From: Anaerolineales bacterium | GTDB taxonomy: Bacteria > Chloroflexota > Anaerolineae > Anaerolineales > DRMV01 | Assembly (NCBI GenBank): GCA_027023425.1 | Contig: JALVVL010000026.1 | Coordinates: forward strand, 24,725-88,724 | DNA: 64,000 bases | Direction of reading: 5' to 3' | Shown here: in pieces, positions 56,059-64,000 of the stretch | How positions within the stretch are numbered: position 1 is the first letter of the stretch | Layout of the letters: each line of letters starts with the position of its first letter | Translations under genes and position numbers: made by a program | Notes under the pieces: generated by a model | Told to the model about the DNA's origin: nothing | Databases searched by the model: none | Seen by the model: only the letters and a program-made list of their open reading frames with translations

Positions 56059-56832
56059 TTGAATTCCCGCCTTTACCTCATTTTCGCCGTCCTCGGCGCG
56101 GTGCTGTTGGCCTTTGTGGCGTACCCAATTTTCAACACGCTCGCCGCAGTGCCGCCCGCGGATTTGTTGAAGGTGCTTGCTGATTCCGAAGTGGTCGCCT
56201 CGGTTGAACTCACTTTTTTGGCCTCGGCGATGGCGACCGCTTTGGCATTGGTCTTCGGCATTCCGCTGGCGTATGTGCTCGCCCGCGCCGAGTTCCCCGG
56301 CAAGGCGCTGGTGAGCGCGCTGATTGACCTGCCGGTTGTCGTGCCCCATTCTGCCGCGGGCATCGCCTTGCTGATGGTTTTTGGCAGGCACACCTTCCTT
56401 GGCAGGCTTTTCGGCGCGCTGGGCGTTCACTTTGTTTCCGCACTCCCCGGCATAGTGATAGCGATGCTGTTTGTGAGCATGGCGTATTTGGTGAACGCGG
56501 CGCGCGACGGGTTTGCGGCTGTTGACCCGCGGCTTGAGGGGATGGCGCGCACGCTTGGCGCTTCGTCGTGGGAGGCGTTTTGGCACATTTCGCTTCCACT
56601 GGCGCGCCGCAGCATCCTTTCGGGGGTTGTGATGATGTGGGCGCGGGGGCTGAGCGAATTCGGTGCGGTGGTTATTTTGGCTTACCACCCGATGGTTACG
56701 CCGGTGCTGATTTTTGAACGCTTTGAATCGTATGGACTGGCATATGCGCGGCCGGTTACGGCACTGGTGGTGTTGATTTCGCTGGCGGTTTTCGTGATTT
56801 TGAGATGGGTTGGCGGCGATGAACGGGCATAA
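56059..56832 (+). CDS. Molybdate/tungstate ABC transporter permease
   Basis: Six-TM MetI-like permease with an EAA-type loop (ARTLGASSWEAFWHISLPLA). Confidence 0.8.
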   Translation: MNSRLYLIFAVLGAVLLAFVAYPIFNTLAAVPPADLLKVLADSEVVASVELTFLASAMATALALVFGIPLAYVLARAEFPGKALVSALIDLPVVVPHSAAGIALLMVFGRHTFLGRLFGALGVHFVSALPGIVIAMLFVSMAYLVNAARDGFAAVDPRLEGMARTLGASSWEAFWHISLPLARRSILSGVVMMWARGLSEFGAVVILAYHPMVTPVLIFERFESYGLAYARPVTALVVLISLAVFVILRWVGGDERA

Positions 56833-57958
56833 CTTGCTGGTCGTTGAGGGTTTGGCGGTAAAAAAAGGCGCGTTTCGTATAGCCAATATATCTTTCGCCG
56901 TTGCCGAGGGCGAAAGTTTCATCTTGCTCGGGCCTACCGGCTCGGGCAAGACCCTGCTTTTGGAGACTATCGCAGGGCTTCATCGCCCGACTGCGGGGCG
57001 GGTTTTGTTAGCGGGTGAGGATGTTACCCTTCAGCCGCCCGAAAAGCGGGGGATTGGGTTTGTGTATCAGGATTATGCCCTTTTTCCGCACTTGAGCGTT
57101 GCGGAGAATGTGGCGTTTGGGTTGGCTTTGCGTGAACGCCCGCGCCTCCGTCGCTTTTTGCCGTGGGGGGCGCGCCGCGCCCTGCGCCGTTTCGCCGCCG
57201 ATGCCCGTGTGCGTGAAATGATGCGCCTTTTGGGCATTGAAAAACTTGCCACCCGCGCTCCCCTTTCGCTCAGCGGCGGGGAACGCCAACGCGTGGCTTT
57301 GGCGCGCGCTTTGGTCATCAAACCGCGCCTTTTGCTTTTGGATGAGCCGCTCAGCGCGCTTGACCCCAACCGCCGCGAATCCCTGCGCCGTGAACTGAAG
57401 CGCCTTCAGCGCCTGCTGGGCCTGACCGTGCTCCATGTTACCCACGATTTTGAAGAGGCGCTGGCGTTGGGCGACCGTTTGGGCGTGCTCCGCGCCGGTC
57501 GCTTGGAGCAAGTGGGGACGCCCGACGAAGTCTTCCGCAAGCCCAAAACCGAATTTGTGGCTGAATTTGTGGGCATGCGCAACATTTTCACCGCTGAAGC
57601 CGAGGGGGCGCCCAACGCCGCGGCAGTGCTCCACCTTCCACAAGGGCTGGACGTGTTTGCAGTGACCGACCAGCGCGGACGAGTTCGCTTTGCCGTCCGT
57701 CCGGAGGATGTGGTGGTTGCCCCCTGTGCCGAAGCCGGCTCTTTTGCCCGCACCAGTTTGCGCAACCGCTTTTGCGGGCGCGTTGTGGAACTGGAAGCGG
57801 GCACGGCTTTGGTGTTTGTCACCGTCGCTGTGCCCGCCGAGAATGGGGAAGTGCATTTCGTCGCCGCCGTTACCCGCCGTTCGTGGGAAACGCTTGGCTT
57901 TGAGGTCGGCTCGGCTGTGGAAATTGCTTTCAAGGCTTCGGCCGTGCATGTTTGGTGA
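56819..57958 (+). CDS. ABC transporter ATPase with C-terminal TOBE/Mop domain
   Basis: GPTGSGKT, LSGGERQRVALARAL and LLLDEP. C-terminal RNRFCGRVVELE...VEIAFKASAVHV. Confidence 0.85.
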   Translation: MNGHNLLVVEGLAVKKGAFRIANISFAVAEGESFILLGPTGSGKTLLLETIAGLHRPTAGRVLLAGEDVTLQPPEKRGIGFVYQDYALFPHLSVAENVAFGLALRERPRLRRFLPWGARRALRRFAADARVREMMRLLGIEKLATRAPLSLSGGERQRVALARALVIKPRLLLLDEPLSALDPNRRESLRRELKRLQRLLGLTVLHVTHDFEEALALGDRLGVLRAGRLEQVGTPDEVFRKPKTEFVAEFVGMRNIFTAEAEGAPNAAAVLHLPQGLDVFAVTDQRGRVRFAVRPEDVVVAPCAEAGSFARTSLRNRFCGRVVELEAGTALVFVTVAVPAENGEVHFVAAVTRRSWETLGFEVGSAVEIAFKASAVHVW

Positions 57959-57961
57959 AGC

Positions 57962-58870
57962 CTACAGCATCAGCCAAATTACGCCGGCCGTGGCTATCAC
58001 GGTGCCGATGATGGCGCGCGCGGTTATGCGCTCGTGAAACAGCCAGTGCCCAATCGGCAGAAGTAAAATGGGCGGCAGCGAACTCAGCGTCGCCGCGACC
58101 CCGATGGGGATGTTTTTGATGGCAAACAGGTTGAGCGACATCCCCACAACCGGCCCGATGAGCACACCCAGCGCCACGAATTTTAGGGCTTTGGTGTTGG
58201 AAATGAAGGTGTTGATGGTGGGGCGGGCTTTGCCTACGGCTACGGTCCAGCCCCACAATGCCACCATTCCGCCGAACATGCGGATTGTCGCGGCGGAAAT
58301 GGTCGGAACGCCGGTGTTTAGACCTTTTTTGGCGAAAAGGACACTTAGCGCGCCCACAACGGCCGCGATAAGGGCGAAGAGAAGGCCGCGCGGATCATAA
58401 TGTTTTGCTCGTTCGCCTTCTGCAGATGGGGGCTGGCGCTCAAGCACGACCCAACTTATTCCGCCGAGCACAACAGCCATGGCGGCCAACTGCGATAGGC
58501 TAAGGTGTTCCTTGAGCCAAATCCAAGCGAAGGCGGTGGCTATGGCTGGGGTGAGGTTTAGCACGAGCAAGGTGATGCGAGGCCCCATCAGCACAAATGC
58601 TTCAAACATGAAAGCATCTGCCAGCGCTAGCCCGACGATGCCCGAGGCCAGCAAATAGCCAAACGCCTCCGGGGTTGCCTTGGGAATGGGGGAGCCGTAC
58701 AGTGCCCAGTGGATTACGCCGAAGTACAAAGCGCCCAATAACAAGCGGAGCCGGTTGGTCGTCAGCGAGCCGACCATCCTACCGGCTAATGTAAAAAGCG
58801 TTGGCCCCAGTGAAAAACACACCGAGGCCCCAAGAGCGGCAAGTTCGCCTAACAGAGTAATGCTGTGCAT
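57962..58870 (-). CDS. EamA/DMT-family transporter
   Basis: 302 aa, about ten hydrophobic helices, two EamA-like halves. Confidence 0.75.
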   Translation of the reverse strand: MHSITLLGELAALGASVCFSLGPTLFTLAGRMVGSLTTNRLRLLLGALYFGVIHWALYGSPIPKATPEAFGYLLASGIVGLALADAFMFEAFVLMGPRITLLVLNLTPAIATAFAWIWLKEHLSLSQLAAMAVVLGGISWVVLERQPPSAEGERAKHYDPRGLLFALIAAVVGALSVLFAKKGLNTGVPTISAATIRMFGGMVALWGWTVAVGKARPTINTFISNTKALKFVALGVLIGPVVGMSLNLFAIKNIPIGVAATLSSLPPILLLPIGHWLFHERITARAIIGTVIATAGVIWLML

Positions 58871-58904
58871 GGCACAATGCTAACATGCTTGTGCCAATTT
58901 GTCA

Positions 58905-59900
58905 GCGTCCGCTCTTGAGATTCAGGGGCGGACAAGGGGCTGAGCCCTCTCATCCCCCGCCGCCTCGCGCGTCCTCGGCGGCTGCTTCCTTCTCTCTCCC
59001 AGTGGGAGAGAGAAGGAAGCGCGGTGAGGTCATAAAAAAGTCGCAGGGCGACTTCGCAGGGGGTAAGTGCAGTTTCAACTGCCGCCGTATGCCCGGCGAC
59101 TGAAGTCACGGGCTACGAATTGCGAAGTCCGTCTGTGCGGACTGAAGTCGCCGTAGGGCGACTTCGCAGGGGTAGGTGCAGTTTCAACTGCCGCCGCATG
59201 TGTCATTGCGAGCCGCCGAAGGCGGCGAAGCAATCCCCTTTTGGGCCGCGGGAGACTGCTTTGGCGGTTGTGGCGAAAGTAACGCTGGAGCGCCTGAACG
59301 CCCTCACTTATCCCCCGCCGCCTCGCTTATGCTCGGCGGCTGCCCCCTTCTCTCTCCCATTGGGAGAGAGAAGGGGGCGCGGTGAGGTCAATAAAAAAAG
59401 TCGCAGGGCGATTTTGCAGCCGGTAGGTGCAGTTTCAACTGCCGCCGCATGCCCGGCGACTAATGCATAATCAACCCAGATGCTGGGTTTAGGCTCTCCA
59501 GCAATAGCCAGTTACACGGTTTGATCTCTCCCTACCCCGCTCCGGCGACGCTATCGCGTCCCGTAGCCGCCCCCTTCCCTCCCTTAGTAAGTTTCAGGGG
59601 CGGACAGCCGCCCTTGAAAACGCCATTTTTTGGAGTGCAGTGCCTCGGCACCGCTTTGGAAAGCGGCGACTTGTCGCCGCACTCCAAAAGAACATCCTCC
59701 GAAAAAGCAAGTATTGGCGATAAGATTGGAAAATTCGGGTATCTGCCTCACTTTACTAAATTGCCTTATCGGCGCTAAAAGTGCAACATTTCGGTTGTTC
59801 TGCCTTTGGAGGGGGTAGGACAGGGGTCTGATAGACCCCTGTCCGCCTTTGAACTTAGTAAGTTCAGGGGCGGCGAGGGTAGGCTGAGCGAAGGCGAAGC
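58905..59900. repeat. ~1-kb gene-free mosaic of hairpin modules
   Basis: GCAGTTTCAACTGCC occurs three times (59069, 59178, 59429). A ~100-nt unit with CTTCTCTCTCCCAnTGGGAGAGAGAAG occurs twice (58945-59050, 59303-59410). TGTCATTGCGAGCCGCCGAAGGCGGCGAAGCAATC and GACAGGGGTCtgataGACCCCTGTC are also present. Confidence 0.9.
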
Positions 59901-59958
59901 ATTGCCAGAGCAGGGGGTGAGTGAGGGCACCAGTGACCGCGATTTGTGTCCCACTTCG

Positions 59959-59996
59959 TAAAAAACAGAGTGCGACGATTATCGTCGCACTCTGTT
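59959..59996 (-). terminator. Rho-independent terminator of the CMD-family gene
   Basis: Minus strand reads ACAGAGTGCGACGA-taa-TCGTCGCACTCTGT followed by TTTTTT. Confidence 0.85.
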
Positions 59997-60015
59997 GGTC
60001 AGTGGGTTTCGTGTG

Positions 60016-60357
60016 TTACTCCGAAGCCCCAAATTCGTCCAATGCTTCTCGGAGCGGCGTGAGGTACATGAGGGCGGGGCCTCCGTGCATCATCACGGCT
60101 TGGAAGGCGGCTTCCATTATTTCATCGCGGGTTGCTCCAGCATCCAGCGCCCCTTTCACGTGGAAGGCTATGCACCATTCACATTGGGCGGCCACAGCCA
60201 GCCCCACATTCACCAGTTCTTTGACTTTTGCGCTGAGTGCAGGCCCACTTTGAGCCGCTTTCATGAACTCTAAAAATGCCCCCGTTTCGCTCGGATACTG
60301 CTTTCGCAGTTCCATAACCAGTTTGTGCACTTGGTCAAGTCGTTCTTTGGCGCTCAT
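60016..60357 (-). CDS. Carboxymuconolactone decarboxylase (AhpD-like) family protein
   Basis: 113 aa with CxxC motif (AAQCEWCIAFHV). Confidence 0.8.
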   Translation of the reverse strand: MSAKERLDQVHKLVMELRKQYPSETGAFLEFMKAAQSGPALSAKVKELVNVGLAVAAQCEWCIAFHVKGALDAGATRDEIMEAAFQAVMMHGGPALMYLTPLREALDEFGASE

Positions 60358-60381
60358 TTTTGCCTCCTTTGGCAGGGGAAT

Positions 60382-61449
60382 TTAGCGTTCTATCACTTCA
60401 ACCGGTGTGCCCCCGGGCATGCTTACGGTTACATCGCCCGGCTCGTAGGGGACAACCGGCAAAGTCCACCGGAAGACCCACTTGGCATCTTCGGGGCGCG
60501 CGTTTACGCACCCGTGGGAGCGCGGCACTCCGTAGTCGTTGTGCCAAAACGTGCTGTGGATGGAAACCCCCGTGCCAACAAACAGGCTTGTCCAGCCAAT
60601 TCCCGGCAGGTCGTAGCCGCCGCCTGTTGTGCCGCCGCTCATGTGCACTGAAATCAACTTGCGCCAAATCGGATGCGTTCCCAGCGGCGTTGCCCATTTG
60701 TCCACCTTTTTGCCTGAGGCGTTGAATTTTGCGCCGGTGGAGACGCGGCAGAAAAACACCTCTTCTTTGCCTTCGTAGCAACTCATGGTTTGGTAGGTCA
60801 CATCAACCACTACGCGCTTGTTTTCCGCCTCTGGATGGATGGGGGTAATTTCTTCGGGGGTGATAGGGCGGAAGGCCTCGGCGCGCGCCCAAAAAATGTC
60901 GCCGTATGAGCCGTAACGCTCGTTGATCCGATACCAAGTTAGCCCGTTTTCTTGCTTGATCTGGTCTACCCATAGAATTTGGCTGTAGTAAAACCGTGGG
61001 ATTTTTGCATGCTTGAGCCACGGCGAGCGCGCTGGCGGGTTTGCGAGGATGATGTTGGCATACGGCACTGTAACTTCCACCCACATTCCCTCTTTGGCGT
61101 ATGGGAAATGGGTGATGGGGGAATTTGGACGGTACCACACCGGTTGGAGTGTTGGCGCCCAAACGAAGCCGCGCGGCGTTTCCACAAACCTTTGGTTCAC
61201 TCGGTAGGGATTGCGGCCAACTACTTCGCGTAGCCATTCCACCACCGCATCTTCGTAGAGTATGCCTACGGTTGGGCTATCGGCGTCCGGGCGGGCTTTT
61301 ATTTCAACCTTGCCGCCAATGCAAACCCGGCCTAACTTCTTACCTTTTGGAAATTCCTTCCAACCTCGCACTGAGATTGTTGGTAAGGTGAGATAGGCAC
61401 CCAAGCCAGCCACTGCAAGTTTTAGCACATCTCTACGGGTGGGTTTCAT
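60382..61449 (-). CDS. L,D-transpeptidase (YkuD domain) with Tat-type signal
   Basis: MKPTRRDVLKLAVAGLG signal. Catalytic HSTFWHNDYGVPRSHGCVNA. Confidence 0.85.
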   Translation of the reverse strand: MKPTRRDVLKLAVAGLGAYLTLPTISVRGWKEFPKGKKLGRVCIGGKVEIKARPDADSPTVGILYEDAVVEWLREVVGRNPYRVNQRFVETPRGFVWAPTLQPVWYRPNSPITHFPYAKEGMWVEVTVPYANIILANPPARSPWLKHAKIPRFYYSQILWVDQIKQENGLTWYRINERYGSYGDIFWARAEAFRPITPEEITPIHPEAENKRVVVDVTYQTMSCYEGKEEVFFCRVSTGAKFNASGKKVDKWATPLGTHPIWRKLISVHMSGGTTGGGYDLPGIGWTSLFVGTGVSIHSTFWHNDYGVPRSHGCVNARPEDAKWVFRWTLPVVPYEPGDVTVSMPGGTPVEVIER

Positions 61450-61579
61450 GGCGCACTCCTTTGCGTTTACATTGTAGCATATATGTGGACTTGCGAATAT
61501 ATGACTACTGTCACAAATGCTCTGTTTCTCTTCTTTGGAATCGCGGCTACAAGTTGCTAAATTCGCCTGTGCAAAGTTC

Positions 61580-62105
61580 TTTTCACCGATTAGATAGTTG
61601 AAACCGCAGATTACGCAGATTACGCAGAAAAGATCTGTGCTAATCTGTGTAATCTGTGGTTTTCATCCACCGATTGACACAGATTTACACCGATTGGATG
61701 GTTGGAACCGCAGATTTCGCAGATTTCGCAGATTCCGCAGAAAAATCTGTTCTAATCTGTGTAATCTGTGGTTTTCATCCACCGATTGACACAGATTTAC
61801 ACCGATTGGATGGTTGGAACCGCAGATTTCGCAGATTTCGCAGATTCCGCAGAAAAATCTGTTCTAATCTGTGTAATCTGTGGTTTTCATCCACCGATTG
61901 ACACAGATTTGCACCGATTGAAGAAAAAACCACAGTTGAAACCGCAGATTTCGCAGATTTCGCAGATTCCGCAGAAAAATCTGTTCTAATCTGTGTAATC
62001 TGTGGTTTCCCCTTTGCGTTTCTCTGCGTTACCCTTGGCGTCCTTTGTGTCCTTGGCGTCCTTGGCGTTAACCTCTCTGCGCCTCTGCGTTTCCCCGCGT
62101 CTCCG
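61580..62105 (+). repeat. Four tandem ~104-123-bp units (two hairpins each) plus CTCTGCG/CCTTGGCG tail
   Basis: AACCGCAGATT recurs at about 61603, 61707, 61819 and 61942. Each unit is (GCAGATTYC)n-loop-(TAATCTGTG)n followed by CATCCA-ccgattgacacagatttacaccgat-TGGATG. Confidence 0.9.
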
Positions 62106-62120
62106 CTGATCGCCAACTCG

Positions 62121-63251
62121 TTAGGGGGTAACATAGATTGGATTGCTGAAAATCCACCCCCGACGCCGCCCCCATGCGTTTAGATAAGCCTCAACCCGAT
62201 AAGCCCCGGCCGCCTTGGCGTTGTAACTGCACACATCTCGGCGTTTCCACACGCGCACCGCCTCGCCTTGGTAAATCAGGCGGCATTCTGCCCGCTTTGG
62301 TAGCCTTACCTTGAGGGTTACTCCGCCGTTCAGTTGGATGGTCTCTCCCATTGAGACTTTGTTTTGGCCGTTTGTGGCGGTAAAGCGGAAGCCGCGCGTG
62401 CTGGCGGGGAGGTCGTAGCCAATAAAGGCTCGCCCTTCTCGCAGGGCGTTGTAAATCAGCGCGCGGTCATGCTCGGCTTTGCCGTTTAGCGGCGTTTTTA
62501 GCAGCAGGTGAGTTGTGATGGCGCGAAAATGCTTTTCGTATGGGAAGAGGGTTATCGTGAGCGGCCCGAGCCGCTTGCGCAGGGCGTGTGCATCCGCCCC
62601 CCCGACCGCGACCACCCGTTTCCCTTCCTTTAGCATTTCATCCCAGAGCGCCAGCGTTTCTTTGTACGGCGCAACCGCTACTTGGTGGAAAAACAGGCTG
62701 TAGAAAACCGTGTTGAGGTAGTTTTTCAAATGCCCCTTGAATTCGCTAAGACCGTTCCACAGTTCAATGCCGGTGAAGGAATGCACTTGCCAGTCTTCCC
62801 AAGAAATATCGGGTTCGCCAACGAGCGGTGAGGCAAAATCTACCGGATGAGCGAGGAAAGAGACTCCCCCAAAAGAATTCACCTTGTTGATGACCACTTG
62901 CATATCTTCGGCATAAGGGCTGAGGGTGGTTGGTGCACCTAACGCCAAGAGGTGGTTTTTTTGTGGCTTGCGGGTGCGGTCGTGCACTTCTTCACCCACC
63001 AGCACCAGTACGTTTTTGCCTTCCACGCGATGGTAGCCTTCTATGCCTTTTGGGCGCACATTGTGGTCGGTCACTATGATGGCGTCCACTCCGGCCCGCG
63101 CGGCCGCTTTTGCCACTTCCGCGTGCGTCCCACTGCCATCAGAAAAGCGCGTGTGTATGTGCATCGCTACTACAATTTCGTGGAGTAAAGGCCGGGTTTC
63201 GGGGGACACAGCAGAACCTTTGTAAATGGCTGGAGGATGCCGAAGTTGCAC
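62121..63251 (-). CDS. PHP-domain metallohydrolase (CehA/McbA-like)
   Basis: HIHTRFSDGSG and IIVTDHN PHP motifs. Start uncertain (GTG 63251 or ATG 63164). Confidence 0.75.
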   Translation of the reverse strand: MQLRHPPAIYKGSAVSPETRPLLHEIVVAMHIHTRFSDGSGTHAEVAKAAARAGVDAIIVTDHNVRPKGIEGYHRVEGKNVLVLVGEEVHDRTRKPQKNHLLALGAPTTLSPYAEDMQVVINKVNSFGGVSFLAHPVDFASPLVGEPDISWEDWQVHSFTGIELWNGLSEFKGHLKNYLNTVFYSLFFHQVAVAPYKETLALWDEMLKEGKRVVAVGGADAHALRKRLGPLTITLFPYEKHFRAITTHLLLKTPLNGKAEHDRALIYNALREGRAFIGYDLPASTRGFRFTATNGQNKVSMGETIQLNGGVTLKVRLPKRAECRLIYQGEAVRVWKRRDVCSYNAKAAGAYRVEAYLNAWGRRRGWIFSNPIYVTP

Positions 63252-63402
63252 CGTATTTTACCGCGTCTTTTCTTGAAAATTGTTGTGAACCCTGTTGACA
63301 CTGCCGCGGGGAAGATATATAGTTTTAGAGGCAGAAGATGCTCGGTTGCCGCTTTGGTGTCCGTTTAAGGTTTTGCAATTTACTTCGCTCAGAAAGGAGG
63401 AA

Positions 63403-64000
63403 ATGATGACTACCGATCTTGAAAAATTCCTTGCCGCTCGCGATTTTTTGCTGAATGTGCCCAGTTATGAGGAGGCTTACGCTAAATTCCAGTGGCCTCA
63501 CCTCACCAAGTTCAACTGGGCGCTTGACTACTTTGACAACATGGCTAAAGGCAACGGTCAACTCGCGCTCATTTGGGCAGACGAAAACGGCAACGAGCGA
63601 AAAGTGACTTTTGACGAAATGTATCGTCGTTCCAACCAAGTCGCGAACTTTTTGCGCGATTTGGGACTGACCAAGGGCGACCGCGTCATCATCATGATGG
63701 AAACCTCGGTGGAATTGTACGAACTGATGTTAGGCATCATGAAAGCCGGCGGTGCAATAATTCCGGCGGCGACCTCGTTGCCTCCCAAAGATATTGCCGA
63801 CCGCATCCTCCGCGGCGATGTCAAATTCGCCGTTGTGCATGCCCCGTTCGTGGAAAAGTTCAACAAGGCCGGCTCGGCTTTGGAAGGGCTGAAAGCGCGC
63901 ATCGTGGTAGGCGATGAATTTTCTCAGCAATGTGACGAAGAGGCCGAATCTGAAAAGTGCTGGACTCAGTACTCCGAATCCGAAAAGTACCCCGAAACTT
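63403..64000 (+). CDS. AMP-forming acyl-CoA synthetase, N-terminal part (3' end outside window)
   Basis: Not in the ORF track because there is no stop in the window. ATG 63403 with AGGAGG upstream. MMTTDLEKFLAARDFLL...WADENGNERKVTFDEMYRRSNQVANFLRDLGLTKGDRVIIMM is typical of medium-chain acyl-CoA ligases. Confidence 0.75.
   Translation, partial: MMTTDLEKFLAARDFLLNVPSYEEAYAKFQWPHLTKFNWALDYFDNMAKGNGQLALIWADENGNERKVTFDEMYRRSNQVANFLRDLGLTKGDRVIIMMETSVELYELMLGIMKAGGAIIPAATSLPPKDIADRILRGDVKFAVVHAPFVEKFNKAGSALEGLKARIVVGDEFSQQCDEEAESEKCWTQYSESEKYPET

Noticed and set aside
63325-63930. Minus-strand ORFs of 104, 114 and 66 aa near the window end
   Set aside because: They are antisense to the well-supported acyl-CoA synthetase N-terminus, which runs out of the window and is therefore missing from the ORF track.

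Overview
64-kb GC-rich bacterial chromosomal segment. Gene content plus a glmS ribozyme suggest a Chloroflexota-like organism, but this is inference only. About 55 protein genes are supported, nearly all housekeeping: zur-znuACB, tig-clpP, rlmN, glmS, glnA, a small glycosyltransferase cluster, cbpA-like/htrA, argG-argH, acs, ppdK, bioY, pheS/pheT, holB, rpsB-tsf-pyrH, a molybdate/tungstate ABC transporter, and several proteases and hydrolases. There are two tRNA-Leu genes and one glmS ribozyme. I saw no transposase, integrase, phage, CRISPR-Cas or recognisable defence genes. The unusual content is non-coding. By my coordinates about 5 kb of intergenic DNA is filled with several interrelated repeat families: (i) REP/BIME-like hairpin modules sharing GCAGTT/AACTGC half-sites, including a six-copy 110-bp tandem array at 38524-39180; (ii) a ~143-nt element with terminal inverted repeats, present three times; (iii) tandem ~8-nt arrays resembling cyanobacterial STRRs (short tandemly repeated repetitive sequences), which form long imperfect hairpins and higher-order 84-bp and ~112-bp tandem repeats. 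Other points worth follow-up: a candidate arginine leader-peptide attenuator upstream of argG, a bacterial archaeo-eukaryotic release-factor (aeRF1/Pelota-like) gene next to cbpA/htrA, a four-helix-bundle (23S-IVS/Avd-like) gene cassette splitting pheS-pheT, a pseudokinase-TM-vWA protein, and an orphan promoter-to-terminator unit upstream of glnA. All calls come from reading the sequence and ORF translations. No database search or folding program was run.
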